From Trichocoleus sp. (GTDB lineage Bacteria; Cyanobacteriota; Cyanobacteriia; Phormidesmidales; Phormidesmidaceae), in NCBI GenBank assembly GCA_036702855.1, contig DATNQF010000102.1:1-27292 (forward strand): DNA of 27,292 nucleotides, given 5' to 3'. Position 1 is the first letter of the stretch. Each line of letters starts with the position of its first letter. The position numbers were made by a program, and so were the translations under genes. This document shows positions 26,399-27,292 of this stretch, in pieces. The notes under the pieces are model-generated. The model did not search any database, was not told the DNA's origin, and was given only the letters and a program-made list of their open reading frames with translations.

Positions 26399-26434
26399 GG
26401 TAGGTTTGCCGTTCTGAGCTAAGGCGATACCTCT

Positions 26435-27292
26435 GTGACTTACTGCCCCAACCCAACCTGTCCCGCCCCGCATAACCCAGACAGTGCCCAATTCTGTCTC
26501 GGCTGTGGGGTGGGCTTGGTTTTAGGGCGTTATCAATTGCTCAAGCTGCTAGGCCAAGGGGGTTTTGGAAAAACCTTTTTGGCCCTAGCTGAGCCGTCTT
26601 CAAAAGACTCTTCGGTTCATTCAGTCTCCTCTCTTTGCGTAGTGAAACAACTCCTGCTCCGAGAGGCTGAAAGCTCAAGGCGTTTTCAAGCGGAGGCTCA
26701 GCATCTTAAGCAATTGGGTACTCACCCACAGATTCCTAGCTTTTGGGAGGCCTTTGAGCAGGACGGGCAAGGCTACTTGGTGCAGTCCTACATTGAGGGT
26801 CAAACGCTCGAACAGGTATTAGCTGAAGAGGGTGTTTTTGGCGAAGCTCAGATTTGGCAAGTGCTAAATGACTTACTGCCGGTGCTTCAGTTTATTCACG
26901 ATCGCAAGGTCATCCACCGCGACATCAAGCCTGCCAATCTAATTCGGCCAGCACGCCCATCAGGCAAAGACGCTCGATTGATCCTGGTTGATTTTGGGGC
27001 TGCTAAGTGGGTTCATTCCACCCCTAACGTGCGCCAGGAAACGGTAATCGGTAGCGCTGAGTATGTAGCCCCAGAACAAGCACGAGGCAAAGCAGTCTTT
27101 GCCAGCGATCTCTACAGTTTGGGTCTAACTTGCCTACATTTACTAACGGGACTGTCTCCCTTTGATCTCTTTGATCCCGTCAACCATACTTGGGCTTGGC
27201 AGCAGGCTTTGACTCAACCTGTTAGCGAACCTCTAGCAGCTTTGCTAAACCATCTACTGCAAAATGCGCTCAACCAACGCTTCCAGTCAGCA
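26435..27292 (+). CDS. Eukaryotic-type Ser/Thr protein kinase with an N-terminal Cys-motif (zinc-ribbon-like), SpkB-like; the 3' end lies outside the window
   Basis: This frame is not in the supplied track because it has no stop. It opens after TAA at 26420-26422 and GTG at 26435 is the first start codon. The product begins M-TYCPNPTCPAPHNPDSAQFCLGCG, then the glycine loop LGQGGFGKTFLA and the catalytic Lys region CVVKQL. The catalytic loop is HRDIKPANL, with DFG and APE motifs further on. The gene starts 37 nt after the flotillin stop. Confidence 0.8.
   Translation, partial: MTYCPNPTCPAPHNPDSAQFCLGCGVGLVLGRYQLLKLLGQGGFGKTFLALAEPSSKDSSVHSVSSLCVVKQLLLREAESSRRFQAEAQHLKQLGTHPQIPSFWEAFEQDGQGYLVQSYIEGQTLEQVLAEEGVFGEAQIWQVLNDLLPVLQFIHDRKVIHRDIKPANLIRPARPSGKDARLILVDFGAAKWVHSTPNVRQETVIGSAEYVAPEQARGKAVFASDLYSLGLTCLHLLTGLSPFDLFDPVNHTWAWQQALTQPVSEPLAALLNHLLQNALNQRFQSA

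Noticed and set aside
1-27292. CRISPR arrays, transposases, integrases, phage genes and rRNA
   Set aside because: I found no regularly spaced direct repeats and no ORF with transposase or integrase motifs. HIP1 density is uniform. The window looks like core chromosome, not a mobile or accessory island.

Overview
The window is a 27.3-kb chromosomal segment that is almost certainly cyanobacterial. The palindrome GCGATCGC (HIP1) occurs about 20 times, and GC content is roughly 55%. Coding density is high: I count 23 protein-coding genes, including two that run off the window edges. I found no rRNA, tRNA, CRISPR array, transposase or integrase. Recognisable housekeeping genes are murB (3' end), ybaB/ebfC, a low-molecular-weight protein tyrosine phosphatase, truB, nfi, rpsB-tsf, recG and a MATE efflux pump. 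Between them sit families that are conserved in cyanobacteria but poorly understood. These are a DUF1400 alpha/beta hydrolase, a UPF0182 membrane protein downstream of a membrane-anchored class-3 lipase, and a DUF3038-like/DUF4335-like gene pair. There is also a DUF2997-like / Ycf35(DUF1257)-like / 4Fe-4S ferredoxin cluster, an acidic protein coupled to recG, and a flotillin (YqiK-like) gene followed by a Ser/Thr kinase with an N-terminal Cys motif. The most unusual locus is a PilT-family retraction ATPase with a proline-rich N-terminal extension. It is packed against a long-form KaiB-like protein in which the KaiB fold sits at the C-terminus of a 259-aa protein. Non-coding observations include a roughly 1-kb gene-free region upstream of rpsB and a short dispersed repeat present twice. 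Two hairpins share a CAAGGGGC/GCCCCTT stem, and a strong intrinsic terminator follows tsf. An 18-bp direct repeat brackets the MATE gene. All functional calls rest on motif and family recognition from translated ORFs by eye. No database search was run.
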